Positions 25,181 through 37,869 of a DNA stretch of 64,000 nt are shown here, in pieces. Made by a program: the position numbers and the translations under genes. Source of the stretch: Basidiobolus meristosporus CBS 931.73 (Eukaryota > Fungi > Basidiobolomycota); contig MCFE01000026.1 of the NCBI GenBank assembly GCA_002104905.1, forward strand, positions 62,001 to 126,000, read 5' to 3'. Within the stretch, counting starts at the first letter, position 1; every line of letters begins with the position of its first letter. The notes beneath the pieces are model-generated. The model had not been told where the DNA came from. It saw nothing but the letters and a program-made list of their open reading frames with translations, and did no database searches.

Positions 25181-25515
25181 AGCAATGGATTTGGATACTT
25201 ATACAGCAGTATATTGGCATCAACCTGGTCTTATATGAAATATATATGAAAACTAATGTGATTGTTGAATTTTCCATTTATTATGCATGATGCATCCCGG
25301 ATCGCGTTGACACAGATCAGATCACATCAATCGCAGATTTCCTATTTGATTATAGACCTATGATTAAAGCATCAATAAAAGTACTAAGGCATTGTTTGCG
25401 GATGAATTTTGCGACATAATGATGGGATACATGGCAATTGATGGAGATTTAACCATAATGTATTAAAAATCAGATAAATAATGCAGATCATGCCAAATCA
25501 ATTCAAACCGCCTCC

Positions 25516-26423
25516 ATGCAATCATCCACCAATTTTAATATGACTTACTCATCTGAATGGTCTTTTCTCATCAATCCCATCACTACCACTGGATTTCCTT
25601 TTGACACACTAGAGGAGATCTATTCCAAGTACTGTGGACCATCACCCCAATCTACTCAAGGAGATCCCTTGTCAAGCTTCTCTGCTATTACAAGAACTAT
25701 TGCCTTACAAGGTTTCATCCCACCATCCATGGCAACAAAAGTCCTAGAAGCTTTCATTCCCAGCTGACAGCAATGGAGAACCACCTTGCAGAGGGTATGA
25801 ATGACTTAGAGCAAGCTTGGAATACTAGGTTCAGAAGCTCCAATAGGCTTCCATATCCCAGAGTGTTCAGCAACAGGTTCCATATCAGGAGTATTTTGGA
25901 TACCTTCCCAGTGAGGATTAACAGACCTTCTAGAGGGCAGAGGCACTTTTATTCTGGCAAGTACAAGGCACACTGTGTGAAGTTTCAAGCACTGTCTGAC
26001 ATTGAGGGTAACATCATCTGGTTTAGTGGGCCATTTGCTGGAAGTAGGCATGACAAAGCACTCTGGGTAGAGAATCATCCTGAATTCAGTAGAGGGGAGA
26101 AATGTATGGCAGACTTAGCCTATATAGGAGAGGATTGTCAGAGATCAGGATGTATTACAGCTTATAGGAAGCCAAGGAATGGTGTGCTTAGCAGGAAGCA
26201 GAAGCTCTGCAATGAGATATTTAATCATTTCAGAGTAAGGGTAGAGCACACATTTGGATATCTGAAGAGATTCAGCATATTGGCAGGTAAATACAGAGGA
26301 AAGTCATATATAGGAGAAAACAGCAGAATAGGTAAAATAGTTAAGATACTTATTAATTCACAGTATGTTCATACAAGAAGACATCCACTGAGAGAAGTGT
26401 GTCTGGAGCATTATGAAGAGTAA
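25516..26423 (+). pseudogene. DDE_Tnp_4 (Harbinger-like) transposase with a 1-bp frameshift near 25643
   Basis: ILDTFPVRINRP...YSGKYKAHCVKFQ...GSRHD...ADLAY...RVRVEHTFG; the N-terminal frame YSKYCGPS continues in another frame as TPIYSRRSLVKLLCYYKNY. Confidence 0.88.
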
Positions 26424-26606
26424 ATAAAGCAAGGAAAGCACTATTCCAAGCAACATAAGTAAGATTGAGTAAAATTACCAGTAACTGTATCATACCACAG
26501 GCATCATGGTAGAAATTATAGTGCCAGATAGTGCCGTAGAGTGCCAGATCAATCCGGCACCATAAACAGGCTGGCACTATGTGGCACTATCCAACAGAAC
26601 AAGTCT

Positions 26607-29600
26607 AATATGCAAAAGTTAAACTTTCTACACCTGAACCCAGGTTCTAAATCTCAACCTAGAGCATTGTCCAATATATCAACTTTCAGCACCTGGACAT
26701 AGGTTGTAGATCTCAACTTGGAGCACTTGGACACAGGTCCTGGATATCAAGAGAGTAATAACAAACAGGTCCTAAATCTCAGTCTTCAGCACCTGGAATC
26801 AGGTTCTAGATGTCATTTTAGAATTAATAGATTGATATTCAACATGCAATCAGCACCTGGCTCTAGGTCCTAAATCTCAGTTTTAAGCACCTGGACCCAG
26901 GTCCTGGATGTCATATTGGAACTAATAGAGTAATATCAAGCATGCAGTGAGCACCTGGCTTTAGGTCCTAATTCTCAGCCTTCAGTACCTAGACCCAGGT
27001 CCTGGATGTCACATTGTAATCATTAGAGCAATATCTAACAAGCAGTCAGCACCTGGCTCTAGGTTGTAAATCTCAGTCTTCAGCACCAGGACCCAGGTCC
27101 TAAATCTCAGCTTTGAGCCCCTGGACCCAGGTCCTGGATTTCATATTAGGATTAATAGAGTGATATCCAACATGCAATCAGCACCTAGACACAGGTCCTG
27201 GATGTAACCTTGGAGTCAACAGAGCTAAATTTAAACCTCAACTTTGATCACATGGACCTAGATTCATTATAACACATCTTAATTTGTAGAGAAATATCTA
27301 ACATGAAATCAGCACCTGGACCTAGGTCCTGAATAACACTATTCAATTAGTAGAGCAATATCTAACTTGAAATCAGCACCTGGCTCTGTGTCCTAAATTT
27401 TTGCCTTCAGCACCTGGACCCAGGTCCTAGTTTTTAGTTTCATTCACCTGGACCTTGGTTCTGAATAATAATTTTCAGTTAGTAGAGTAATATCTAATAT
27501 GCAATCAGCACCTGGCTCTAGCTCCTAAATCTCATCCTTCAGCCCCTTGACCCAGCTCCTGCATGTTGTAATGAAATTAATGGAGTAATATCTAACATAC
27601 AATCAGTACCTGTTTCTAGGACCTAAATCTCAGTCTTCAGCACCTGGACCCAGGTCCTGGATATCATATTGGAGTTAATAGAGTAATATCAAGCATGCAA
27701 ACAGCACCTGGCTAGAGGTCCTGAAGCTCAGCTTTAAGCACCTGGACCCAGGTCCTGGATGTCATATTGAAATTAATAGAGTGATATCTAGCATGCAATC
27801 AGCACCTAGCTCTAGGTTCCAAATCTCAGCCTTCAGCACCCAGACCCAGGTCCTGGATGTCATACTGGAATTAATAGAGTAATAACCAACATGAAATCTG
27901 AACCTGGCTCTAGGTCCTAAATATCTGCTTTAAGCACCTGGACCCAGGTCCTGGATGTCATGTTGGAATTAATAGATTAATATCTAACATGCAGTCAGCA
28001 CCTGGCTTTAGGCCCTAAATCTCAGCCTTCAGCACCTGTACTCAGGTCCTGGATTTCTTATTGGAATTAATAGAGCAATAGCAAACATGCAATCAGCACC
28101 TGGCTCCAGGTCCTAAATCTCAGCCCTCAGCACATGGACCCAGGTCCTAGTTTGCAACTTTTTTCACCTGGACCTTGGTCCTGATTAACACTTCTCAATT
28201 AACAGAGCAATATCTAACATGAAATCAGCACCTGGACCCAGGTCTTGAAAGACATATTGAAATTAATAGAGTAATATCTAACATGCAATCAGCACCTGGC
28301 TCTAGGTCTTAAATCCCAGCCTTCAGGACATGGACCCAGGTCCTGGACCTCAACTTACAGCACCTGGACCTACATCTTAGGTCTCATCCTTCTGAACCTG
28401 GACCCATGTTATGGATCTCATCCTTCAGCACCTGGACCCAGGTCCTGGATCTCTACGTTCAACACCAGAACCCAGGTCCTAGGTCTCAATTTTCAGCACC
28501 TGGACACAGGTCCTATATCTCAGCTTTGAGCACCAGGACCCAAGTCCTTGATATCAACCTTCAGCACCTGGACCCAGGTCCTAGATCCCTACCTTCAACA
28601 CCAGGACCCAGGTCCTAGGTCTCAATTTTCAGCACTTGGACAAAGGTCCAGGTTACCAAGACCCACATTGTAGATCTCAACCTTCAACACCTGGATCCAG
28701 GTCCTATATCTCAACTTTCAGCACCTGGACCCACATCATGGATCTTACCCTTCAGCACCTGGACCCAGGTCTTAGACCACTTCCTTCAACACCATGACCC
28801 AGGACCTAGATATCAACCTTCAGTACCTGGATCCAGGTTGTAGATCTTTACCTTCAGCACCTGGACACAGGTTCTAGATCTCAACATTGAGCACCTGGAC
28901 CCAGGTCCTAGGTCTCATCCTTCAGCACCTGGTCCCAGATCCTAGATCTCAACTTTCAACACCTGGACCCAGGTCCTAGATCTTTTCCATCAGCACCTGG
29001 ACCCAGGTCATGGCTCTTGTCCTTTAGCACCTACGCCCAGGCCCTAGATCTCAGCTTTCAGCACCTGGGCCCTGGTTGTAGATCTCAACCTTCAGCACCT
29101 GGACCCAAGTTCTAGATCACTTCCTTCAGCTCAAGGACCCAGGTCCTAGATCTCATCCTTCAGCTCCTGGACACAAGTCTTAGATCTCAACTTTCAGTAC
29201 CTGGACCCAGGTCCTAGATCTCAAATTTCAGCACCTGGACCCAGGTCATGGCTCTTGTCCTTTAGTATCTACACCCAGGTCCTAGATCTCAGCTTTCAGC
29301 AACTGGGCCCAGGAAGTAGATCTCAACTTTCAGCACCTGGACCCAAGTCCTAGATCTCATCCTTCCGCATGTGGATCCAGGTTGTAACTCTTGTCCTTCA
29401 GCACCTGGACCCAGGTTCTAGATCTCAAATTTTAGCACCTGGACAAAGGTTGTAGATCTCATCTTTAAGCATCCGCACCCAGGTTATGGTCCCAGGTCCT
29501 AGATCTCAATCTTCAGCACCTGGGCCCAGGACCTAGATCTCCATTTTGATCAATTGGACCTTGATCCTGGATGACAAATCTCAATTGGTAGAGCAATATG

Positions 29601-32600
29601 TGACATGACAATCTCTGGCATCTGGAACCCAGGTTCTAAGCCTCTTATCCTTCAGCACCTGAACCCAGGTCTTAGATCAATTCTTTCAACTCCAGGACCC
29701 AGGACCTAGAACTAACCTTCAGCACCTGGACCCAGGTCCTAGATCTCAACTTTCAAAACCTGGACCCAGGTCCTAGATCTCAACTTTCAGCACCTGGACC
29801 CAGGTCCAAGATTTCAACTTTCTACACCTGAATCCAGGTCCTAGGTCTCATCCTTCAGCACCTGGACCCAAGTACTAGGTCTCATCCTTCAGCACCTGGT
29901 CCCAGGTCATTATTCTTATTGTTCAGCACCTGGACCCAGGTCCTAGATCTTAACTTTCAGCACCTGGACCCAGGTACTAGATGTTATCCTTCAGCACCAA
30001 CTAAAGTCCTAGATCTCATCCTTCAGCACCTGGACCCAGGTTGTAGACTTCAACCATCAGCACCTGGACCCAGGTCTTAGATCTCATCCTTCAGTACATG
30101 GATCCAGGTGGTCCTAGATCTCACTCTTCAGCACCTGGGCCCAGGTCCTAGATCTCAGCTTCAGCACCTGGACCTACATCCTGGATCTCAAGCTTCAGCA
30201 CCTGGACTCAGGTCTTGGATCTCAACTTTGATAGCTTGGACTTGGATAATGGATGCCAAATCTCATTTAGTAGAGCAATGTGTGGCATGACAACCTCTGG
30301 CATCTGGAGCCCAGGTTTCAAGCCTCTTCCCTTATCTCCCTGACCTAGGTTGTGGATGAAACTCCTCACTTTCTTGAACAAGATCTCAAGCTTCAGCACC
30401 TGGACTCAGGTCTTGCATCTCAACTTAGATAGCTTGGACTTAGATCATGGATGCCAAATCTCATTTAGTAGAGCAATGTGTAGCATGACAACCTCTGGCA
30501 TCTGGAGCTCAGGTTCCAAGCCTCTTCCCTTATCTCCCTGACCTAGGTTGTGGATGAAACTCCTCATTTTCTTGAACAAGATCTCAAGCTTCAGCACCTG
30601 GACCCACTTCATGCATCTCATCCTTCCGCACCTGGACCCACATCATGGATATTATCCTTCAGCACCTGAACACAGGTCTTAAATCACTTCCTTCAACACC
30701 AGGACCCCAGACCTATATCTCAACCTTCAGCACCTGGACCCAGGTCCTAGATGTTATCCTTCAGCACCAACTAAAGTCCTAGATCTCCTCCTTCAGCATC
30801 TGGACACTGGTGAATCTTAACATTGACCCCTGGAACCAGGCATTAGTTAGTGCACTCATCACCTGGTCTCAGGTCCTGGATGACAACCCTCATTTTATGC
30901 AGTTATATCCACAGTTCAACCTTTAGAACCTGGACCCAGGTCCTAGTTCTCAACCATCAGAACCTTGGCCTAGGTCCTGAATCTCAACCTTCAGCACCTG
31001 TACCTATGTCCTGGATAGCAAATCTGACTTAATATAGCAGTCACTGATATGTTAACATCCAGCATTGTGAGCCCAGGTTTGAAATCTCTTTCCTAATCAC
31101 CTACACCTAGGTTATGCATGATACTTCTCAATTTCTTGAGCATAGTCAAATTTGTCAACATTCAGCACCTGCATGTAGGTCCCAGATCTCACATTTAAGC
31201 ATTTGGACACAGGTCTTGGATATCAGGACTCATTAAATTGAGCAATATCTAACATGAAAGCTTTGAGACTTAGAGCCCAAATGTTGCATCTTAACTTTCA
31301 TCCCCTTGAGCCAGGCCTTAGTTCTTTGCCCTCATCACCTGGTCCAAGGTTGTAGATTACAACCCTCATTTCTTTGAGCATTATCTAAATTTTCAACTTT
31401 CAGTACCTGAGCCCAGGTCTCAGATCTAAAATTTGAGCACCTGGACACAGGTCCTGGATATCAGGGCTGATTACATTGAGCAATATCTAACATCAAAACT
31501 TCAGGCACCTGGAGCCCAAGTGCAGCATCTTAACTTTAACCCCTTAAACCAGGCCCTAGATATTGTCCTCATCCCCAGGTCTCAGGTACTGGACTACAAT
31601 TCTCATTTCATTCAGCTATATCCAAAAGTTCAACTTTTGTCACCTGGACCCAGGGACTAAATCCTAACATTGTGCACTTGAACATAGGTCCTGGATATCA
31701 AGACTCATTAGATTGAGCAATATCTAACATTAGAACTTCTGGCACCTAGAGCCCAAGTCCTGCAGCTCAACTTTTATCCTCTTGCACCAGGTGCTAGTTC
31801 TTTGCCCTGGTCACTGAACCAAGGTCCTGGTTGACAACCCTCATTTCATTCAGTAATATCCAAAAGTTCAACTTTCAGCACCTGGACCCAGGTCTTAGAT
31901 CTCAACTTTGATCACATGGACCTAGGTCCTGGATAACAAATCTCACTCAATAGAGCAGTATTTGACATGAAAACTTATAGCATCTTGAGCCCAGGTTTGA
32001 AATTGCTTTGCTAAACACCTACACTTAGGTTATGGATGATACTCCTCAATTTCTGGAGCAAGGTCAAATTTGTCAACATTCAGCACCTGGACCCAGGTCC
32101 CAGATCTCACATTTGAGCTTTTGGACACAGGTCTTGGATATCAGGACTCATTAAATTGAGCTATATCTCACATCAAAACTTCAGGGACCTAAATCCCAAG
32201 CCTTTCATCTTAACCCCCATCCCCTTGAGCTAGGCCTTGGTTCCTTGCCCTCATCACCTGGTCCAATGTCCTGGATAACAACCCTCATTTGCTTGGGCAA
32301 TCTCCAAAAGCTCAATTTTCAGCACCTGGACCCAGATTCCTGATATTAAATTTAGGCCCTTGGACACAGGTCCTAGATATCAGGACTCAGTATATTGAAC
32401 AATATCTAATATCAAAACTTCAGGCACTTGGAGACCATGTCCTACATCTTAACTAGTATCACTCTGAACCAGGCTTTAGCACTTTGTCCTTATCACCTAG
32501 TCCAAGGTCCTAGATACCAATATTCACTTCATTCAGCAATATCAAAAAGTTCAACTCTCAGCACCTGGAACCAGGTCCTAGACCTCAAACTTCAGCACTT

Positions 32601-35600
32601 GTACCCAAGTCCTAGATCTCAACTTTCAGTATTTGGACCCAGGTCCTGGAGCTAAACTTCCATCAATTGGATCCTGATCCTGGATCTTAGCTTGAATCAT
32701 TATTCCTGGTTCCTGAACTTTAACTCTGATTAAATCTAGAAATATCCAGTATTACAACATTTAGCACCTCCAAACTAGATCCTACATTTTATTTTTGATC
32801 ACCTGGACCCAGGTTGATGATCTTAACTATTATCACCTATTGCTAGGTCCTAGATATCCACCTTCAACACCTAGAACATGGTCCCAGATATCAACCCTTA
32901 TTTCATTGAGCATTATCCAATTTAATACTTTCATGACCTGGACCCAGGTTCTATATTTGATGTTTCAACACTTGTACCCAGGTCCTGAATATCACCCCTG
33001 ATATCATTGAGCATAATTCAAGATTTCATCTTTCCGCACCTGGACCCAGGTTCTACATCTTAACAACCACTATATGGACACAGGTCCTAGGTCTTAGCTT
33101 GCATTAGAATGCTAAGGGTTTGGGTATCATATTTCATCAAATTGAACAATATCCAACATTACAGCTTTTGGTGTCTTGAGCCCAGGCTTTACATCCCAGC
33201 TTTAATCACTTTGAACCAGGTTCTAGGTCTTCACCCTCATCACCTGGACACAAGAACTATACCATTGATCTCATCAGCTGGGCCTAGGTCTCAGATCCTA
33301 GCCCTTTTCACCTAGGGCAAGCTCCTGGATGGCTATACTCATTCATTAAGTAATGTCAAATATTTCAACTTTTAACACCTGGACCCAGGTTCTAGATATC
33401 TGCCCTCATCATCTGAGCTCAGGTCTTGTGTGACACCACTCATTTCCTTGAGCCATATCCAAAATTTCAACTTTCAGCACCTGGACCCCAGTCCATTTTC
33501 TAAACTCTCATCACTTGGACCTAGGCTTTGGATACCAACTCTGATTAAATTGAGCAATATCCAATATTAGAATACTTAGCACCTTGAGCCCAGGTCCTAC
33601 ATCTTTGTTTCATCATCTGGACACAGGTTCAAGATCTCAGCTATTATCATTAATAACCAGGTCCTAGATATCCACCTACAGCACCTAGCCCCTGGTCCCA
33701 GATATCAACCCTTATTTCATTCAGCAATATCAAAAGTTTCAACTTTCAGCACCTGGACACCAGTCTTAGATCTAAACTTTCAGCACTTGGACACAGCTCT
33801 TGAACATTAGCATGCAATATCATGCCCAGGTTCTAAATCTTTGCCTTCATCACATGAGTCAGGCTCCTAGACCTTTGCCCTTATCTTCTGCACTAAGGTC
33901 CTGGATGACTATTGTCATTTAGTGGAGCTATATCTGAGATATTAACTTTCAGCACCTGGACCCAGGTCCTAGACCTAAGCTTTCATCACTTGGACCCAGG
34001 TCCTGGATCTTAGGTTGCATTAGCATGCCTAGGTTCTGGATATTAACTCTGATTAAATTGAGCAATATTGAATACTTCACCTTCTGGCACCTTGAACTCA
34101 GATCCTACATCTCTACTTTTATCATCCCAACCTAGGTTCATAATGTTGGCTATTATCACCTATAACCAGGTCCTAGATATTCACCTTCAGCACCTTGGTC
34201 CTGGTCCCAGATATCAACCCTTATTTAATAAGCAATATTCAAAATTTCAAATTTTACAAATTGGACATAGGTTTTATATATGACCTTTTATTGCTTGGAC
34301 CCAGGTCCAGGTTCTTAGCTTGCATTACCATGCTCAGGTTTTAGATATGAAATATAATTAAATTGAGCTATATCCAACATTATACCTTTAGGCACCTTGA
34401 GCCCAGGTCCTACATCCCTACTTTCATCACCTTAAGCCAGGTTCTAGATCTTTGCCCTCATCACTTGGACAAAGGTCCTGGAAGACAACCCTCATTTTGT
34501 GGAGAAATATCCAAAACTTTACTTTCTGCACTTGGACCCCCATCCTATATCCCCACTTTCATAAGTTGGACTAAGGTTCTAGATCTTAGCCTGCACTGCC
34601 ATGTCTAGATTCTGGATATCAACTCTGACTGAATTGGGCAATACCCAACATTACAACTTTTAACATCTTGAACTCAGTTCCCACATGTCAAGTTTCATGA
34701 CCTGGGCCCAGGCTTAAGATATTAGCTATCATCACCTATACCCAGGTACCAGATATCTACTTTCAACCCTTTAACCTGGTCCTGGATGGTAATCCTCATT
34801 GTATCAAGTAATATCCCAAACTTTCAGCACCCAGACCCTGGTCTTACATCTCAACTTTCATCACTTGGACCCAGGCTGATTGTAATTGATATCTATGTCC
34901 AGGTCCTTGATATCAACTATCATGGGATGGAGCAATATACAAGATAATCTTTTTGTACCTTTACCAAGGTTGTTGAACCCAGCTTTCATCACTTGAATTC
35001 AGGTCCTAGATCTTAGCTAGCATTATTATGCCAAGTTCCTCAATATTAACTCCCATTAAATTAAGCCAAAGTCAGTTAAACTTTCGGCACCTTGAGCCCA
35101 GGGCTTATATCTTAACTTTCATCACCTGAATCTAGGCCCTAGATGTCAACTTTCAGCACCTTGACCCAGGTTCTGGATATTAGCCCCCATAGCATTGGGC
35201 AGTATCCTCATCTACAGCTTGCAGCACCTGGACCCAGGTCCTAGACCTCAACTTTTAACACTTGGACCCAAGTTCTATATCTTTGCTTGTATTGCTATTC
35301 ACAGGTCCTGAATATCAAATCTCATTAAAATGAGTAATATCCAACAATACAAGTTTCAACACCTTGAGCCCAGGTACAACATCACAGCTTTTATCACCTG
35401 TATTTAAGTCTTAGATCTCAGCTCTTATTGCCTCAGCCCAGGTCCTGGCTACCAACCCTCATTACATTGAGTAATATGTAAGATTTCAACTTTCAGCAAC
35501 TGGACCCATTTCTTAGATTTAAACCTACAATACATGCCCTGGTCCTGGATTTGTATGCTCAAGAAATTGAGCAATATCCAGGATTTTAACTTTCTGCATC

Positions 35601-36190
35601 TGGACCAAGTTGTTAGATGCCACCCTTCATCACTATGCATAGGTCCTGGAGATCAGCTAACCTTGCATTGAGTAATATCCAAGATTACAACTTCCAGCAC
35701 CTTGGTCAAGGTCCTTGATATCATTTTATACTACCAGGTGCAAGTCCTGAATACCAACTTTCATAATATTGAGCAATATCCATAATCACAACTTTCAGCA
35801 CATGGACTCAGGTCTGAGGTCTCAACTTGCATCATAATGCCATGGCACTGGACTCCCAGCTTCATTACATTGAGCAATATGCATAGTTACAACTTTCAGC
35901 ACCTGGACCCAAGTCTTAGAACTCAATTCTCATGAGATTGAGCAATATTCAGTATTACAACCTTCAGCACCTAGACCAAGGTTCTATATCTCAATTACAC
36001 TACATTGCCTAGGCCCTGGACTTCCATATGTTGTTACATTGAGCAATATACATGATTAAAATTCTTGGCACCTTGATAGAGGTTTTAGATCCCAAAACTT
36101 ATCACCAGGACCAAGGTAGATCTGAACTGGCATCACTATGCCCAGGTCCTTGATGTCAGCCACTTCACTCTAGGCCCATCCTAGATCTCT
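26607..36190. repeat. 34-bp satellite, main segment with 34-, 98-, 198- and about 918-bp periodicities
   Basis: Consensus CAGCACCTGGACCCAGGTCCTAGATCTCAACYTT (starts 29720, 29754, 29788); 98-bp units (26851, 26949, 27047); 198-bp units (30184, 30382, 30580); 918-bp offset (31111 vs 32029). Confidence 0.95.
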
Positions 36191-36499
36191 ATTATTGTAT
36201 TGGATCACTATTCCAAGGGCAGGAACTTTTTTTAAGTCTTTTCTCTATTTGTCTTTGCTAACTTGTTAAAGCAGCTGTGTTCATGAGGGTAATTTATTTC
36301 ATGATCAGCACAATGGTGCTGATATATTGTTTTTAGCTGAGTTGTTGCAGGTCTAGATACTCTCATGTACAAGTCATTGGTATCTTATAAAGCCAAGATT
36401 GGTTGACTTTAATCCACAGTAAACAATTTATATAGGCTTGTTGCACCTCCCATCAAATTACTAGTCCCACTATACTCTATTATTTTGCCTCATTAGCAT

Positions 36500-37600
36500 A
36501 TATACTATACCAAAAAGAACTTGAAAGCCAGAATCATCAGAGCCAAGCACCATAGCCAGCATAAATCAAAGTTCAGTAACTCAGAAGCTTGCCTTGGCAG
36601 TAAGTCATATAAGCAGTCCTAGGACTAGAGCAAGCTATGCAGAGGATGTACTAAGTGCAGGTAATAATCCACATCTACTAGGCACATAGGGAGGTCCACA
36701 AGGGAGGAGATATGAATAGATGCAAGAAGGCTTTAATGTATAAGCAAACAAAGATGCTGGAGCCACTTCATATATAGCTGATGTCCATCAACAACCCCTT
36801 TTATACCATCAAATTCAATTGAGACTAAGTTGGTAGGATACAATAGCCAAATGATGGTGCATATTAACAGAGTGTGTAATTGGCTAAATGCATTAGTCCA
36901 AGGTAAACAGGGAACCAGTAAGATGCAACATAGTCAAATATCATGGGTAGAACATTCCCTATGCACTATGAAGAATAGAATATAATAGATGGAAAAAAGC
37001 ACCTAAAAGAGCTTTATGACAGGGTCAAATATTATTGCTTATCCCAATATTTTGGTGGATGAATACCATGTGAAGTTGGCTGCACAACAATGATGTACTG
37101 GAGTAAGCCTGGAGTGCAACAACAGATAAAATCATGGAGGGAGAGAATAGTATACATACCCAAGCCCAAATATCACAAGATATTGAATACACAAAATGCC
37201 TTTAAATGCAATGATAAAGAGAATACTAGTATTGAGTAGACTCTTGATATTAGATATGATATTGTGTAAGGATTGGAAAAGGGTTTGGACCATGAGCCCC
37301 CCAAAGGAGAACATCTGGTACTAGAGCAATCTCATTCACACCATCCTGGATTCAAGCATGCAAACCGGTCCTGGGCTGGCATTAAACTACTTTGAAAATA
37401 TCTTACAAAGTACAGACACTATCCAAGACAGTAAACCAGGATCCATTATACATGGAAATGTCAAGTTATAAAGAGCCTGACTCCGGTACGGCAGACAGTT
37501 TCCAACAAGTGGCATAGCAGTAGCAAGTAGCTGGTAAAAGGCTAGAATGTAAATGCAGATAGTCACCATGCTACCTCATTGATATATCACAAAAAAAGAA
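36500..37600 (+). mobile_element. Possible highly decayed non-LTR (LINE-like) 3' relic
   Basis: A-rich plus strand; DWKRVWTMSPP (zf-RVT-like) and HYTWKC (CCHC-like) fragments; no intact RT motif found. Confidence 0.3.
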
Positions 37601-37869
37601 ACTGCTTGCCAAAGGACTCACCCAATCTGAGTGCTATCAGCAAGGAAGTAGCAATAGAGGGAAGTATAAGACAACAACAAATATAGAAGAGCTTATCAAA
37701 GAGGTAAGCAGTGAACCAGCTAAGAAATGACACATTATATAGTGGCCAATACTCTGATGCAAGAAAGCCCCAAATCACCAAAGAGCCAGATAGAAACACC
37801 AAGATGTATTGAGTTCTATATAGATTTGATACATAGCTCCATTGGTCCTTTGACACTAATCTGAGAATA

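Larger units (their letters stand above)
23205..26606. mobile_element. PIF/Harbinger-type (PHIS) DNA transposon, 3402 bp, TIR AGACTTGTTC, TSD AAT
   Basis: AGACTTGTTC at 23205 and GAACAAGTCT ending 26606; AAT at 23202-23204 and 26607-26609; removing it restores a satellite unit (GAGTAATATGCAAAAGTT); GGCAC subterminal repeats at both ends. Confidence 0.92.

Noticed and set aside
28330-30180. 34-bp unit as a loxP/FRT-like recombination site
   Set aside because: Only the length matches; the dyad is 6+2+6, not 13+8+13, and no tyrosine recombinase is in the window.
28406-35640. Short ORFs within the satellite (QHLDPGPRS / STWTQVLDL repeats)
   Set aside because: The periods of 34 and 98 bp are not multiples of 3, and the consensus carries a TAG; these are reading-frame artefacts.
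26607-36190. CRISPR-like repeat-spacer array (palindromic 20-nt core with variable intervening sequence)
   Set aside because: The intervening sequences are homologous to each other rather than unique spacers, there are no cas genes, and the context is eukaryotic; it is a satellite.
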